Source of the DNA: an uncultured Phycisphaerales bacterium
GTDB lineage: Bacteria > Planctomycetota > Phycisphaerae > Tepidisphaerales > Tepidisphaeraceae
NCBI GenBank assembly: GCA_963758525.1
Contig: CAVWVQ010000003.1
Coordinates: 4,928,001-4,992,000, forward strand
Reading direction: 5' to 3'
DNA length: 64,000 bases
The first letter of the stretch is position 1. Every line of letters begins with the position of its first letter. This document shows positions 1 through 8,430 of the stretch, piece after piece. The notes beneath the pieces were generated by a model that saw only the letters and a program-made list of their open reading frames with translations, was not told the DNA's origin and did no database searches. A program made the translations under genes and the position numbers.

Positions 1-1386
1 CCCAGCTCTCCTCCGTCGGGCGGGAAACTGATCGCGTATTGCTCATGAAAACTGGATCCTCGGCAGATGATGCCGCCGCTGGCAGACCCGGTGGTGGCTG
101 GTCTGATCCACGCGCAGATTGTGAAGGGCGCGAGTCTCGTCCGCCGCGGGAGAAGTCGAACGCCGGGTTAGCGGGGAGCGAAACATGTTGAGCCGTGCCG
201 GGCAGAAACGTGAGAGCGCCCTTTCCGGGCCAGCGGCCGGTGGACCACTGCGGGCGGGCATTCGCGTCGCCATCCCCCAGCGCACCGTCCAGTGAGGAAC
301 CGGCCGATGACCGATTCAGCAGGCGATCGGGAGCATCCGTGGAACGCTCGAATGTGTAATATGCGACCAGATCCGGGTCGTCGCGAAGGTGTTCGCTGTA
401 GCCTCGCCATCGTACCAGCGCAGCGTCGGGCGGCGCCGCCTGCAGTCGATCGAAGTCCGTCTGCCTGAAATATGCGGCCGGGTTGGAATCGATTGCGGTG
501 ATCAAATTGTCCGCGGAGATCCGCCGGGCTGAGCCCGCGCCCAGCAGCAGCGGCTTATCGTCGGCCTGGTTAGCGCGGGCCGACAGCGGCGAATTTGCCG
601 AGAGCGAGACGGTTCCCTTGAACACGTCGACGTCGCTCAGCCCGTTCTCACGGACATTCACGCCGAACTCGGTGCCCAGGTCGACTACCGTTGCGCCAGG
701 GCAAGTCACGGTGAATCCATGCGCGGCTGGGGGTACCACGGCGGTGAGCTTTCCGGAGAGCAGAGTCAGGGCGTTGCTTCCGTCTGCTTTCAACCGGGCC
801 GGCGCTTCCACGACGACCTGGGCGCCCGTTTTGAATCGGATGCGCACAGACCCGAGGTGAGTTCGATTACGGTCGGCGGCATTTCGTCGCCGGTTTGCAG
901 CGAAACTGGAGTCCCGCCCCATGAGGCGTCCACCGTGGCAACGAGGATGGGAGCGGATCGCCGAGTGAGAAGAAACGCAACGCCGATCGAAATCAGCACG
1001 AGTGCGGCAGCCGAAACCCAGGCAGGACGCCCACGCAACCAGCGAAAACGTGCCGTGAACTTTTCGCTGCGTCGGACGGGATGCTCGTCTTCCGCCGCGA
1101 CTTCGTCCGGCACCGCACCCGGCGCATCGACGAGGGCGGGAACAATCATGGCGTCGTTCAGATCGACGGTGTCCGGACCGGGTTCGGCGTCCGACGGCCC
1201 GATCGCGATCTGGTCGTAGAGCAGCGAGCTATGGAGTTCAATGTAAAGAAGGTAGCGGTCCCGGGCCTGCGGCTCAGACTTGAGGAGGAAATTCAGACGC
1301 TCCGTTCCGTCGGAGTCCAGCCGATCCTCCAGCAATTGCTCCAGGAGTGAATCCAATTCGGGATTTGGCGGAGCGAGGAAATTCAT
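1..1386 (-). CDS. FecR-domain anti-sigma factor with C-terminal LamG-like domain (runs off window start; two apparent 1-bp frameshifts at about 848 and 280)
   Basis: ATG at 1386 overlaps the sigma stop (ATGA). N-terminus LEQLLEDRLD..LNFLLKSEPQARDRYLLY, then TM segment WVSAAALVLISIGVAFLL. After a frame change, manual translation gives the FecR-like FTVTCPGATVVDLGTEFGV, then DPDLVAYYTFE, GRWPGKGAL and FTICAWIRP (LamG-like). Confidence 0.8.
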
Positions 1387-1946
1387 GCCAGCTCCCCAGT
1401 AAGGGCCATCGACAGCGATCGCCGAATGCACTCGAGGAGCCCCTGACGGATCCGGCCCAGTGACTTGTACACCGAGTTTTGCGGCCGGCCGAGCTCCGCG
1501 GCTACTTTTTTGCCCGATTCCCCCGACATGTACCGCCGCAGGACCAGCTCGCGATCCTCCGCGCGTAACTTCGTGAGGCACGTCTGCAGCGCGTCACGGG
1601 CGTTATCCAGATGCTCCGTGCTTTCAATCGATCGTGCGGCCAATGTTTCCAGAACCTCCTCGTCCAGCGGGAAAGACTGACGCCGTGAGGATTTGCGATA
1701 ACTCAGCACCTGCAGGAACGCCACTCGCGCTGCCCATGCGTAAAAATCCGTGCCAGGCCGGAATTCCGAGAACCTGCGCCAGAGAACCAGATTGGTCTCC
1801 TGCAGCACGTCCTCTGCCGCATGGAGACGCGGGAGCAGGGTCAGGATGTAGCGAAACAGCCGGCGGTGGTGGGCCGCGAACAGCGCCATGAACTCCTCAG
1901 CATGGTCACCGCGGGGGAAAGGTGGATTGTCGCCTGGGAGAGCCAT
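1383..1946 (-). CDS. ECF sigma-70 factor, Planctomycete/Verrucomicrobia type
   Basis: Region 2 motif LFRYILTLLP..AEDVLQETNLVLW..F..WAARVA and region 4 HTH RELVLRRY..GKKVAAELGRPQNSVYKSLGRIR; translationally coupled to the anti-sigma gene. Confidence 0.93.
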   Translation of the reverse strand: MALPGDNPPFPRGDHAEEFMALFAAHHRRLFRYILTLLPRLHAAEDVLQETNLVLWRRFSEFRPGTDFYAWAARVAFLQVLSYRKSSRRQSFPLDEEVLETLAARSIESTEHLDNARDALQTCLTKLRAEDRELVLRRYMSGESGKKVAAELGRPQNSVYKSLGRIRQGLLECIRRSLSMALTGELA

Positions 1947-1958
1947 AGTCAGTTAATC

Positions 1959-1988
1959 AAGAATATCCGTGGCCGCCCGAATGTGCGT
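1959..1988 (-). promoter_or_regulatory. Putative ECF promoter copy 1 (autoregulatory): ACGCACATTC-N10-GGATATTCTT
   Basis: Reverse-strand match to the motif found upstream of the DUF1559 and PEP-CTERM genes, ending 12 nt before the sigma ATG. Confidence 0.75.
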
Positions 1989-2018
1989 GCAAAAATATTT
2001 GGACAGAGCTCTTTTCCG

Positions 2019-2048
2019 ACACACATTCCAACTGGATGGGATATTTAT
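2019..2048 (+). promoter_or_regulatory. Putative ECF promoter copy 2: ACACACATTC-N10-GGATATTTAT
   Basis: Both 10-mers are identical to 3986-4015 with the same 10-nt spacing but a different spacer; lies upstream of GGAGG + ATG 2083. Confidence 0.75.
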
Positions 2049-2082
2049 GTACGGAGGGGACCGCTTCTGTCCGGAGGTTGAT

Positions 2083-3285
2083 ATGCGGTGCGATGGCAAA
2101 CGATCTGCGGTCAGGAGTGATGTGACTCTCGGCGAGCGCCCTGCGGTGACTGGACGGAAACACGGTTTGACGCTCGTCGAGCTGCCTGTAGTGAGCAGAC
2201 TCAAACACTCTTCCCTTCGTGCCTCCGTGCCGCAGTTCACCCGCCGCGGCGGGTGCCTTCGTGCCTCTCCCCGTCACGGCTTTACGCTCGCGGAGCTGCT
2301 GGTGGTGATCGGGATCATTGCCCTGCTGATCGCCATCCTGCTTCCCGCGTTGTCCGCCGCGCGGCAGTCGGCGCAGACGGTGAAATGCGAGGCGCAGCTG
2401 CGAACCCTGGGGCAGGCGCTGATCATGCATGCCAATGAGCATCGGGGGTATATGCCGCTGGTTGGAAATATCAGCGTCGGTCCCGCGGGAGCGAAGAATG
2501 ACAATCCCAGGGATGTGGGCGACGGGGCGATGCAACGGTACGACTATTACCCCGACAGCCATGGGTTGATGCTGATGCCATTGCCCGACGCGCTGGCGCC
2601 TTACCTTGGCGCTTCGCAGGTCTCCAGCGACTGGCTGTCGATCGAGAATGCGATGATGACCGGCGTCTACCGCAGCGCCTTTCAATGCCCCACGGATGAG
2701 TACAACGAAATGCAGACGGTCATGTGGCCTGCGCCGCTGTGGATCAATAACCAGAACGGCAACACATTCGTGGGATGGTCGAGCTACGGCTACAACTCAG
2801 ACGTGTTTGGGTGGTACCAGGGGTATACCTGGAACCGCCTGCATGGAAACCTCGCGCGCATACCCAATCCTTCCGAGACAATGCTGCTGATGGACATCTC
2901 GCTGAGTAACGCTGTAGCCAACAAACAGCAAAGCCAGGGATCCCTGGAGATATGGACGACCATCGCAGAGTCGTCGCTGGCCGATGTTTACTACGAGGGC
3001 GGGCTCTCTCCGCAGGTTGGCTCCGTCAACAACAACGTGTTCGATCTTGTGCGGCATCGGGGTAAGGCCAACATCCTCTGCGCCGATGGGCATGTCGAGA
3101 GCGATCCGATTCTGGCGAACGGCGGAACAACGACGGGCGGCGCTGCGATCGGCGCCGGCGCGAATGTTCCCAGCGGATACGCTCCGGGGGCAAGCGCCGT
3201 CCCGGGCAAGCCCATTTCCGGCGGAGGCTCGCTTGCCGGGATCTCCTTCAATAAGAGTTTTGGAAAAGGTGGCGCGGGATCTTAG
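2083..3285 (+). CDS. DUF1559-type protein with prepilin-type N-terminal methylation motif and C-terminal H-X9-DG motif
   Basis: [47 protein letters not shown] and [16 protein letters not shown] (H-X9-DG). Start chosen from the GGAGG RBS at 2073-2077. Confidence 0.9.
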   Translation: MRCDGKRSAVRSDVTLGERPAVTGRKHGLTLVELPVVSRLKHSSLRASVPQFTRRGGCLRASPRHGFTLAELLVVIGIIALLIAILLPALSAARQSAQTVKCEAQLRTLGQALIMHANEHRGYMPLVGNISVGPAGAKNDNPRDVGDGAMQRYDYYPDSHGLMLMPLPDALAPYLGASQVSSDWLSIENAMMTGVYRSAFQCPTDEYNEMQTVMWPAPLWINNQNGNTFVGWSSYGYNSDVFGWYQGYTWNRLHGNLARIPNPSETMLLMDISLSNAVANKQQSQGSLEIWTTIAESSLADVYYEGGLSPQVGSVNNNVFDLVRHRGKANILCADGHVESDPILANGGTTTGGAAIGAGANVPSGYAPGASAVPGKPISGGGSLAGISFNKSFGKGGAGS

Positions 3286-3420
3286 CAGGGTTCAGGGTGT
3301 CAGGGTTCAGGGTTCAGGAAAATGCAAGGGTGAAGAATAAAGAGTGCGTAGCGAAGTTTGCAATGGCTGCGCTCTTACTCTCCACCCTTCACTCTTTTCC
3401 ACTTCTGAACCCTGAACCCC
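3286..3420. repeat. Inverted heptamer-repeat element (CAGGGTT)n ... (CTGAACC)n
   Basis: CAGGGTT-type units at 3286-3318 and reverse-complement units at 3405-3420, enclosing a purine-rich arm and a pyrimidine-rich arm. Confidence 0.75.
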
Positions 3421-3448
3421 CCGACGCACCGATCAGCAGTGACTGGCT

Positions 3449-3967
3449 ATGGGTTTTCGCGAAGCATTAGAAAAGCATCCGCTCCTCGGCAGGGTCGTTG
3501 CCATCCTGTTCATCGGCCTATGTGCAGTGATCATTTTGCGCGAACTGCGGAGCTTTGACCTTTCTGGGCCGGCTCCAGTTGCCGCGGGCAAGGAATTCTA
3601 CAGCGACGATGACGGCAGGACCTGGTTCCTCGGTGACGGGATGGCGGGTTCTCCAATCGATCATAACGGCAAGCCAGCCTACCGTGCACTGGTCTATCGC
3701 TGTCCTGGCGGCAAGCCGTTTGTTGCATATCTCGCAAAGTATTCCGACGAGCAGCAGGCTCAAATCGCCCGCGATACTGCCAAACATCCGGGGCTCTCGC
3801 AGGCGCAGCTCGGGCCGATGGGGTCAATCAGGAAGCCCGGCGGGACAAAGTGGGTCGCAAATTCGTCGCCAGCGGTCACCGGCTATCCGTCCGTCCCATG
3901 TCCTGATGGGTCTGGGACCGCCAGCCCGGTCTCGCTAGCCGATCCCGATTCGGGCGCTGCGAATTGA
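3449..3967 (+). CDS. Hypothetical membrane-anchored protein with one Asp-box-like motif
   Basis: N-terminal hydrophobic helix VVAILFIGLCAVIIL; YSDDDGRTWF matches SxDxGxTW; co-oriented between the DUF1559 and PEP-CTERM genes. Confidence 0.7.
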   Translation: MGFREALEKHPLLGRVVAILFIGLCAVIILRELRSFDLSGPAPVAAGKEFYSDDDGRTWFLGDGMAGSPIDHNGKPAYRALVYRCPGGKPFVAYLAKYSDEQQAQIARDTAKHPGLSQAQLGPMGSIRKPGGTKWVANSSPAVTGYPSVPCPDGSGTASPVSLADPDSGAAN

Positions 3968-3985
3968 GAAAAAATCTCTGCTGAA

Positions 3986-4015
3986 ACACACATTCTGACG
4001 GTGACGGATATTTAT
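3986..4015 (+). promoter_or_regulatory. Putative ECF promoter copy 3: ACACACATTC-N10-GGATATTTAT
   Basis: Same bipartite motif as 2019-2048, upstream of the PEP-CTERM gene. Confidence 0.75.
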
Positions 4016-4093
4016 CTGCAGCGGCGAGCGCATTGCGCAGTCATCGCGAGAGTGCGGCAGGAAAGATTACGCAGCAGAGAGCGGTGGAGAAAC

Positions 4094-7000
4094 ATGCAAA
4101 ATCGTAGCGAAGTCATCGGCAGACGAACTATCTCTCGTACACTCAGGCGCCGGCAGAAGGCAACCCGACGCATGCCGCTGGCAGCTGCCGCGGCGGCAGC
4201 ATTCGCCTCGGTCTTCCACTCCGGGATGGCCAAAGCGAACACTGCCGACAACGTCACCAACGGACAGTCCGACCTGGGTGCGTCGGGAACGTATGGAGGT
4301 GGGTCGCCCACCACTTCCAGCGATGTGACATTCACCAACGTTACCTACAGCCCAACAGCATTTACGCTAAACACCAACGCGGCCAACCTAAACATTGGCA
4401 CACTGGATGACTTGGACGCTACCCAGACGCTCACGATCCAAAACACGACCAGCGGCTCCACCACCACGATTACATTGAACGGCGGCTCCAATTCGACCGC
4501 TTCACCGGCGAACGCCGCTGACCTGCTTTATGTCGCCTCCGGCGGCACGCTCTCGATGGGTACGGCTGGGGCTGGCACCCTGGGTCTGGCGCTGGCATCC
4601 AGCGGGAACTTCGATGTTGCCGGCACCGCCAACGTCACTTCGGCCATCTCCGGCAGCGGCTTTGGCTTCACCAAGACCGGAGCGGGTTCGCTGACGCTCT
4701 CAGGCCCAAACACCTATACTGGCAATACCGGCGTCGCGATGGGGAATACGACCGGATTAAACACCTCCAGCATCCTCAATCTCTCCTATGCAGCGAACCA
4801 GACGAACATCATCAATAACGCCGCGAACAGCTCGGCCCTCATCCTTGGCGGCAGCCTGACTTCGGACGCGACTACTGTTCTCGGTGGAGGTCGATTGACC
4901 CTCACGGGCGTCGCCACCAGCACGAACACTCAGAGCTTCAATGGCATGACGGTCGGAACCGGCGGCAACAACATCGTCTTTGCGAACAATGCAACCGCGA
5001 ACACGATCGCCCTCAATGTGGGCGCCATCAGCCGGACTGTGGGCGGCACGCTGCACATCACGCAACCGACCGGCACGGTTTCGGCCTCGAACGGTGTGGC
5101 GACCACGACCGGCACGGCGAGCACGATCCTGACGGACGCGAACGGGACGGCCTACGCCACCGTCGGAGGAACCGCAGCGGCGGCGGGAGATTGGGCGGCA
5201 AAAGATTCGACCAACGGCTTCATTGTCGGCGGTTCGACGATTAGCGGTTTTTACACCACGGCGACTTCCGCGGCGACCTTCAGCGGAAATGCGGATGTGA
5301 CGACCGGATTCACCGCGACTGCCGGCACGACGGTCAACAGCATCCGGATGAACAACAACACGGCCCAAACGCTGAATATCAACAGTAGCGGCAATACGAC
5401 CGTGAGCACGGGCGGCATTCTCTTCGGATCGACGGGCAGCTCAGTCATCACCGGGACGGGCACTGCCAAGCTGATCGCAGGCGCTGGCAAAGAACTGGTT
5501 TTCATCAACACCAGCAACGGCGCGCCCCAGATTAGCGCAGTCATTGCAGATAGTGGTTCGGGTGCGAGCAGCGTCACCTACCGCGCTCTCCAGCTTACTT
5601 CGGGCAACGGACAGTTCGCTATCGGCAGCGCCGGCAACAGCTACACGGGTAATACCTACATCGAGAGTGGTCGCGTCGCAACGAGCGTCAGCACTGCGTT
5701 CGGCACCGGTGCCGGTGCAAACGTTTACATCGATGGAAACACCAACGGCCAAGCCTATCTTACCGGCGGCACGTTTGCCAACCACTTCTACCTCGTCGGC
5801 AACGGCTGGAATGAGACTAATGGCCCTTACGGAGCGCTTCGCCTTCAGGGCGCCACCGTCTCCGGTCAAGTCACTCTCCTCGGCAATGCCACGATCAGTG
5901 ATCAAGGCGGAACTGGAACCATCAGCGGGGTGATCGACGACGGCGGCAATGCCTACGCACTGACCGTCAATGGCGGCAACACGCTGAATCTCAACAACTC
6001 GAACACCTACACCGGCGGAACGACGATCATCGCGGGCACGCTGTCGTTGGGAAATAGCAGTGCGCTGGGTGCGGGCACGGTGACGTTTAACGGCGGCACA
6101 CTGGCGAACTCGGCGAACGTAACTCTTGCCAACAATCTCTCCACGACATCCAACACTGCCAACATCACTGCATCGGGTGGAACGATGGTTCTCAATGGAA
6201 ACACCACCGGGGCGAATGGCTTTAACTTGACGCCGACAAACAAGATTACCCTCGGCGGCACAAACAATATCACGAACACTGCGAGCGGCGGAGCAGGCCT
6301 GAGTATCACCGGCGGAGCTGGCGGCGTGGACATCACCGGATCGACGACGGTCGCTGGGACTGCGTCAACGAATAACGGATACTTAAGCGTGGCGGGAACC
6401 GTGACGCTGACAGTCCAGTCCGGCGGCTCGTTGACGGTTAATGGCACGACTTCCACAGTCCCCAACTCCATCGTTGGTCAGAATGCATCAGGCACGAGCA
6501 CGCTCGTGGTGAATGGGGGGACTTTGGGAATCGGGGGAAACACGGGCATAGCCTTCGGTAACAACCTCGCCGCCGCCACCGGCGTTCTCACAATCTCCTC
6601 CGGTACTGCGACGATCACAGCGGGCAGCACGACGTTGCAAAACGTCCAGAATTTCGTTGCGCTGGGTCGCGATGCCGCGACCGGCATCATCAATCTCGAT
6701 GGTGGCACTCTGGCAACGGGGCGCCAATTTGTCCGCGATGGCAGCAGCGGCGGCACGGCAGGCACGGGCGCGGCGACATTCAACTTCAACGGTGGCACGC
6801 TTCAAGCGCAGGCCGATCAGACTTCCGGCAATGGCTGGTTTGAAACGGCCACAACCGGCAATTTCCAAGTCGTCACGACCATCGTTAAGGCCGGCGGAGC
6901 GAAGATCGACACGAACAGCTTTACCACGAAGATCAACACGGTGCTCGCGCACGACGCTGGCCTCGGTGCCACCGCAGACGGCGGCCTTATCAAGAGCGGC

Positions 7001-7846
7001 TTGGGGACGTTGAGTCTCGGCGGCTCGAGCAGTTACACCGGCGCGACGACGATTACCGCAGGCACACTTGCCCTCAGCGGAAACTTTTCAAACAATATCG
7101 CCTCCTCTGCGGCGATCACCGTTGGCTCCGGCGCAACGCTCGACGTGACTGGACTGACCAATATCGCCGGCACGATCACCCTCGCAAGCGGGCAGAAGCT
7201 CGGGGGAATTGGCACGGTGAACGGGAAGACGATCGTGGCTTCCGGCAGCACGATCTCCGCCGGCACAAGCACCACTCTGGGCACCGGCGCGTCAAACACT
7301 ACTGGGACGCTCACCACAGGCAATGAGAAATTCGCCGCGGGCGGAACTTACGCCGTCAAGACCAACGACGTCACCGGCACTTCCGGAAACGCCACGGGGT
7401 GGGATGACATCTCGATGGCCACGCTCGACTCTTCAGCCTTGGGCTCCAGCACCACGTTCGCGGTCACTTTTACCAGTTCCGCATCACCGGCGGCGCATTT
7501 TGCCAACGCCAGCAACTACACATGGGTCATTGCCAACATCACCACCGGTTCGTTTCCCGTCAATACCCCGCTGGCTGTGACCAATAGCTCGGGGAACTCA
7601 ATCGGAACCACGGCCTCCAGCCTGTTTACCCTGGATACCAGTGCCTTCGTCGCCAGCAATCCGGTGTCCGGATCAGGCTCGTCGTTCTACCTGGAAGCGC
7701 TTGGCACTCAGGGCGGCAGCGAGACCCTGGAGATCGGCTACAACGCCACGCCCGAGCCGGGAACGGCCATGCTGATTCTCGCTGGCGCAATCCCGATGTT
7801 GACCGCTCGTCGCCGTCGCCGAGAGGCCGACCGACGGACAGCCTGA
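4094..7846 (+). CDS. PEP-CTERM surface protein with autotransporter-associated beta-strand repeats
   Basis: Basic leader plus Ala-rich signal ending MAKA; repeats TKTGAGSLTLSGPNTYTG, NSNTYTGGTTIIAGTL and KSGLGTLSLGGSSSYTGATTITAGTL; C-terminal TPEPGTAMLILAGAIPMLTARRRRR. Start from the GGAGA RBS. Confidence 0.92.
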   Translation: MQNRSEVIGRRTISRTLRRRQKATRRMPLAAAAAAAFASVFHSGMAKANTADNVTNGQSDLGASGTYGGGSPTTSSDVTFTNVTYSPTAFTLNTNAANLNIGTLDDLDATQTLTIQNTTSGSTTTITLNGGSNSTASPANAADLLYVASGGTLSMGTAGAGTLGLALASSGNFDVAGTANVTSAISGSGFGFTKTGAGSLTLSGPNTYTGNTGVAMGNTTGLNTSSILNLSYAANQTNIINNAANSSALILGGSLTSDATTVLGGGRLTLTGVATSTNTQSFNGMTVGTGGNNIVFANNATANTIALNVGAISRTVGGTLHITQPTGTVSASNGVATTTGTASTILTDANGTAYATVGGTAAAAGDWAAKDSTNGFIVGGSTISGFYTTATSAATFSGNADVTTGFTATAGTTVNSIRMNNNTAQTLNINSSGNTTVSTGGILFGSTGSSVITGTGTAKLIAGAGKELVFINTSNGAPQISAVIADSGSGASSVTYRALQLTSGNGQFAIGSAGNSYTGNTYIESGRVATSVSTAFGTGAGANVYIDGNTNGQAYLTGGTFANHFYLVGNGWNETNGPYGALRLQGATVSGQVTLLGNATISDQGGTGTISGVIDDGGNAYALTVNGGNTLNLNNSNTYTGGTTIIAGTLSLGNSSALGAGTVTFNGGTLANSANVTLANNLSTTSNTANITASGGTMVLNGNTTGANGFNLTPTNKITLGGTNNITNTASGGAGLSITGGAGGVDITGSTTVAGTASTNNGYLSVAGTVTLTVQSGGSLTVNGTTSTVPNSIVGQNASGTSTLVVNGGTLGIGGNTGIAFGNNLAAATGVLTISSGTATITAGSTTLQNVQNFVALGRDAATGIINLDGGTLATGRQFVRDGSSGGTAGTGAATFNFNGGTLQAQADQTSGNGWFETATTGNFQVVTTIVKAGGAKIDTNSFTTKINTVLAHDAGLGATADGGLIKSGLGTLSLGGSSSYTGATTITAGTLALSGNFSNNIASSAAITVGSGATLDVTGLTNIAGTITLASGQKLGGIGTVNGKTIVASGSTISAGTSTTLGTGASNTTGTLTTGNEKFAAGGTYAVKTNDVTGTSGNATGWDDISMATLDSSALGSSTTFAVTFTSSASPAAHFANASNYTWVIANITTGSFPVNTPLAVTNSSGNSIGTTASSLFTLDTSAFVASNPVSGSGSSFYLEALGTQGGSETLEIGYNATPEPGTAMLILAGAIPMLTARRRRREADRRTA

Positions 7847-7940
7847 AACGAACGGCCGGCGAATTGCTCAGATGCCCACCCGCCGAATCCCGCTCCTATC
7901 CGCCCGGATCACGAAAGTCAGGAAGCGCAACAGCTTCCCC

Positions 7941-8055
7941 GTGGCATGGGCGTCCCGCCCATGTAGAGTGCATTAAGAGTTGAACAAATCAGAATTTTGC
8001 TATCTGAATTTATTTTACCACTACGCAGCCAACATGGGCGAGACGCTCATTCCAC
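7941..8055. repeat. REP-like inverted repeat pair flanking an AT-rich spacer
   Basis: GTGGCATGGGCGTCCCGCCCATG (7941-7963) and CATGGGCGAGACGCTCATTCCAC (8033-8055), 20/23 complementary. Confidence 0.7.
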
Positions 8056-8430
8056 GCATGCCACGCATCTTCTAAAAGAGCGTCCCGCGGCGGGCCAAGG
8101 AGTTGCGTGCCGGATGCGACATGCGACGCTGCAAAATCTGTCGCGCGATGTCGCAGGAGTCAGAAGAAAGAAGCAAGAAGAGCATGGGTCTGCGCCGCCT
8201 TGCGCGGATCAGTTCCGACGGAGAATTCGTCGGCTTTGGGAAACTCACCATCAAGGTGAAATCGCCCCTTCCTGTAAAAAGATGTCAAACAATGTAAAGC
8301 GGAATGAAAATGGGGAACAGAAAACATCTAAAATGGAAGCGGCGCGCGGGGGAACGGGCCCGTGCAATCGCGATGCGGAAAAACTCGTGCAAGCCGTGAA
8401 CGAGCAATGGAGGCTACACTACCTCACGTC

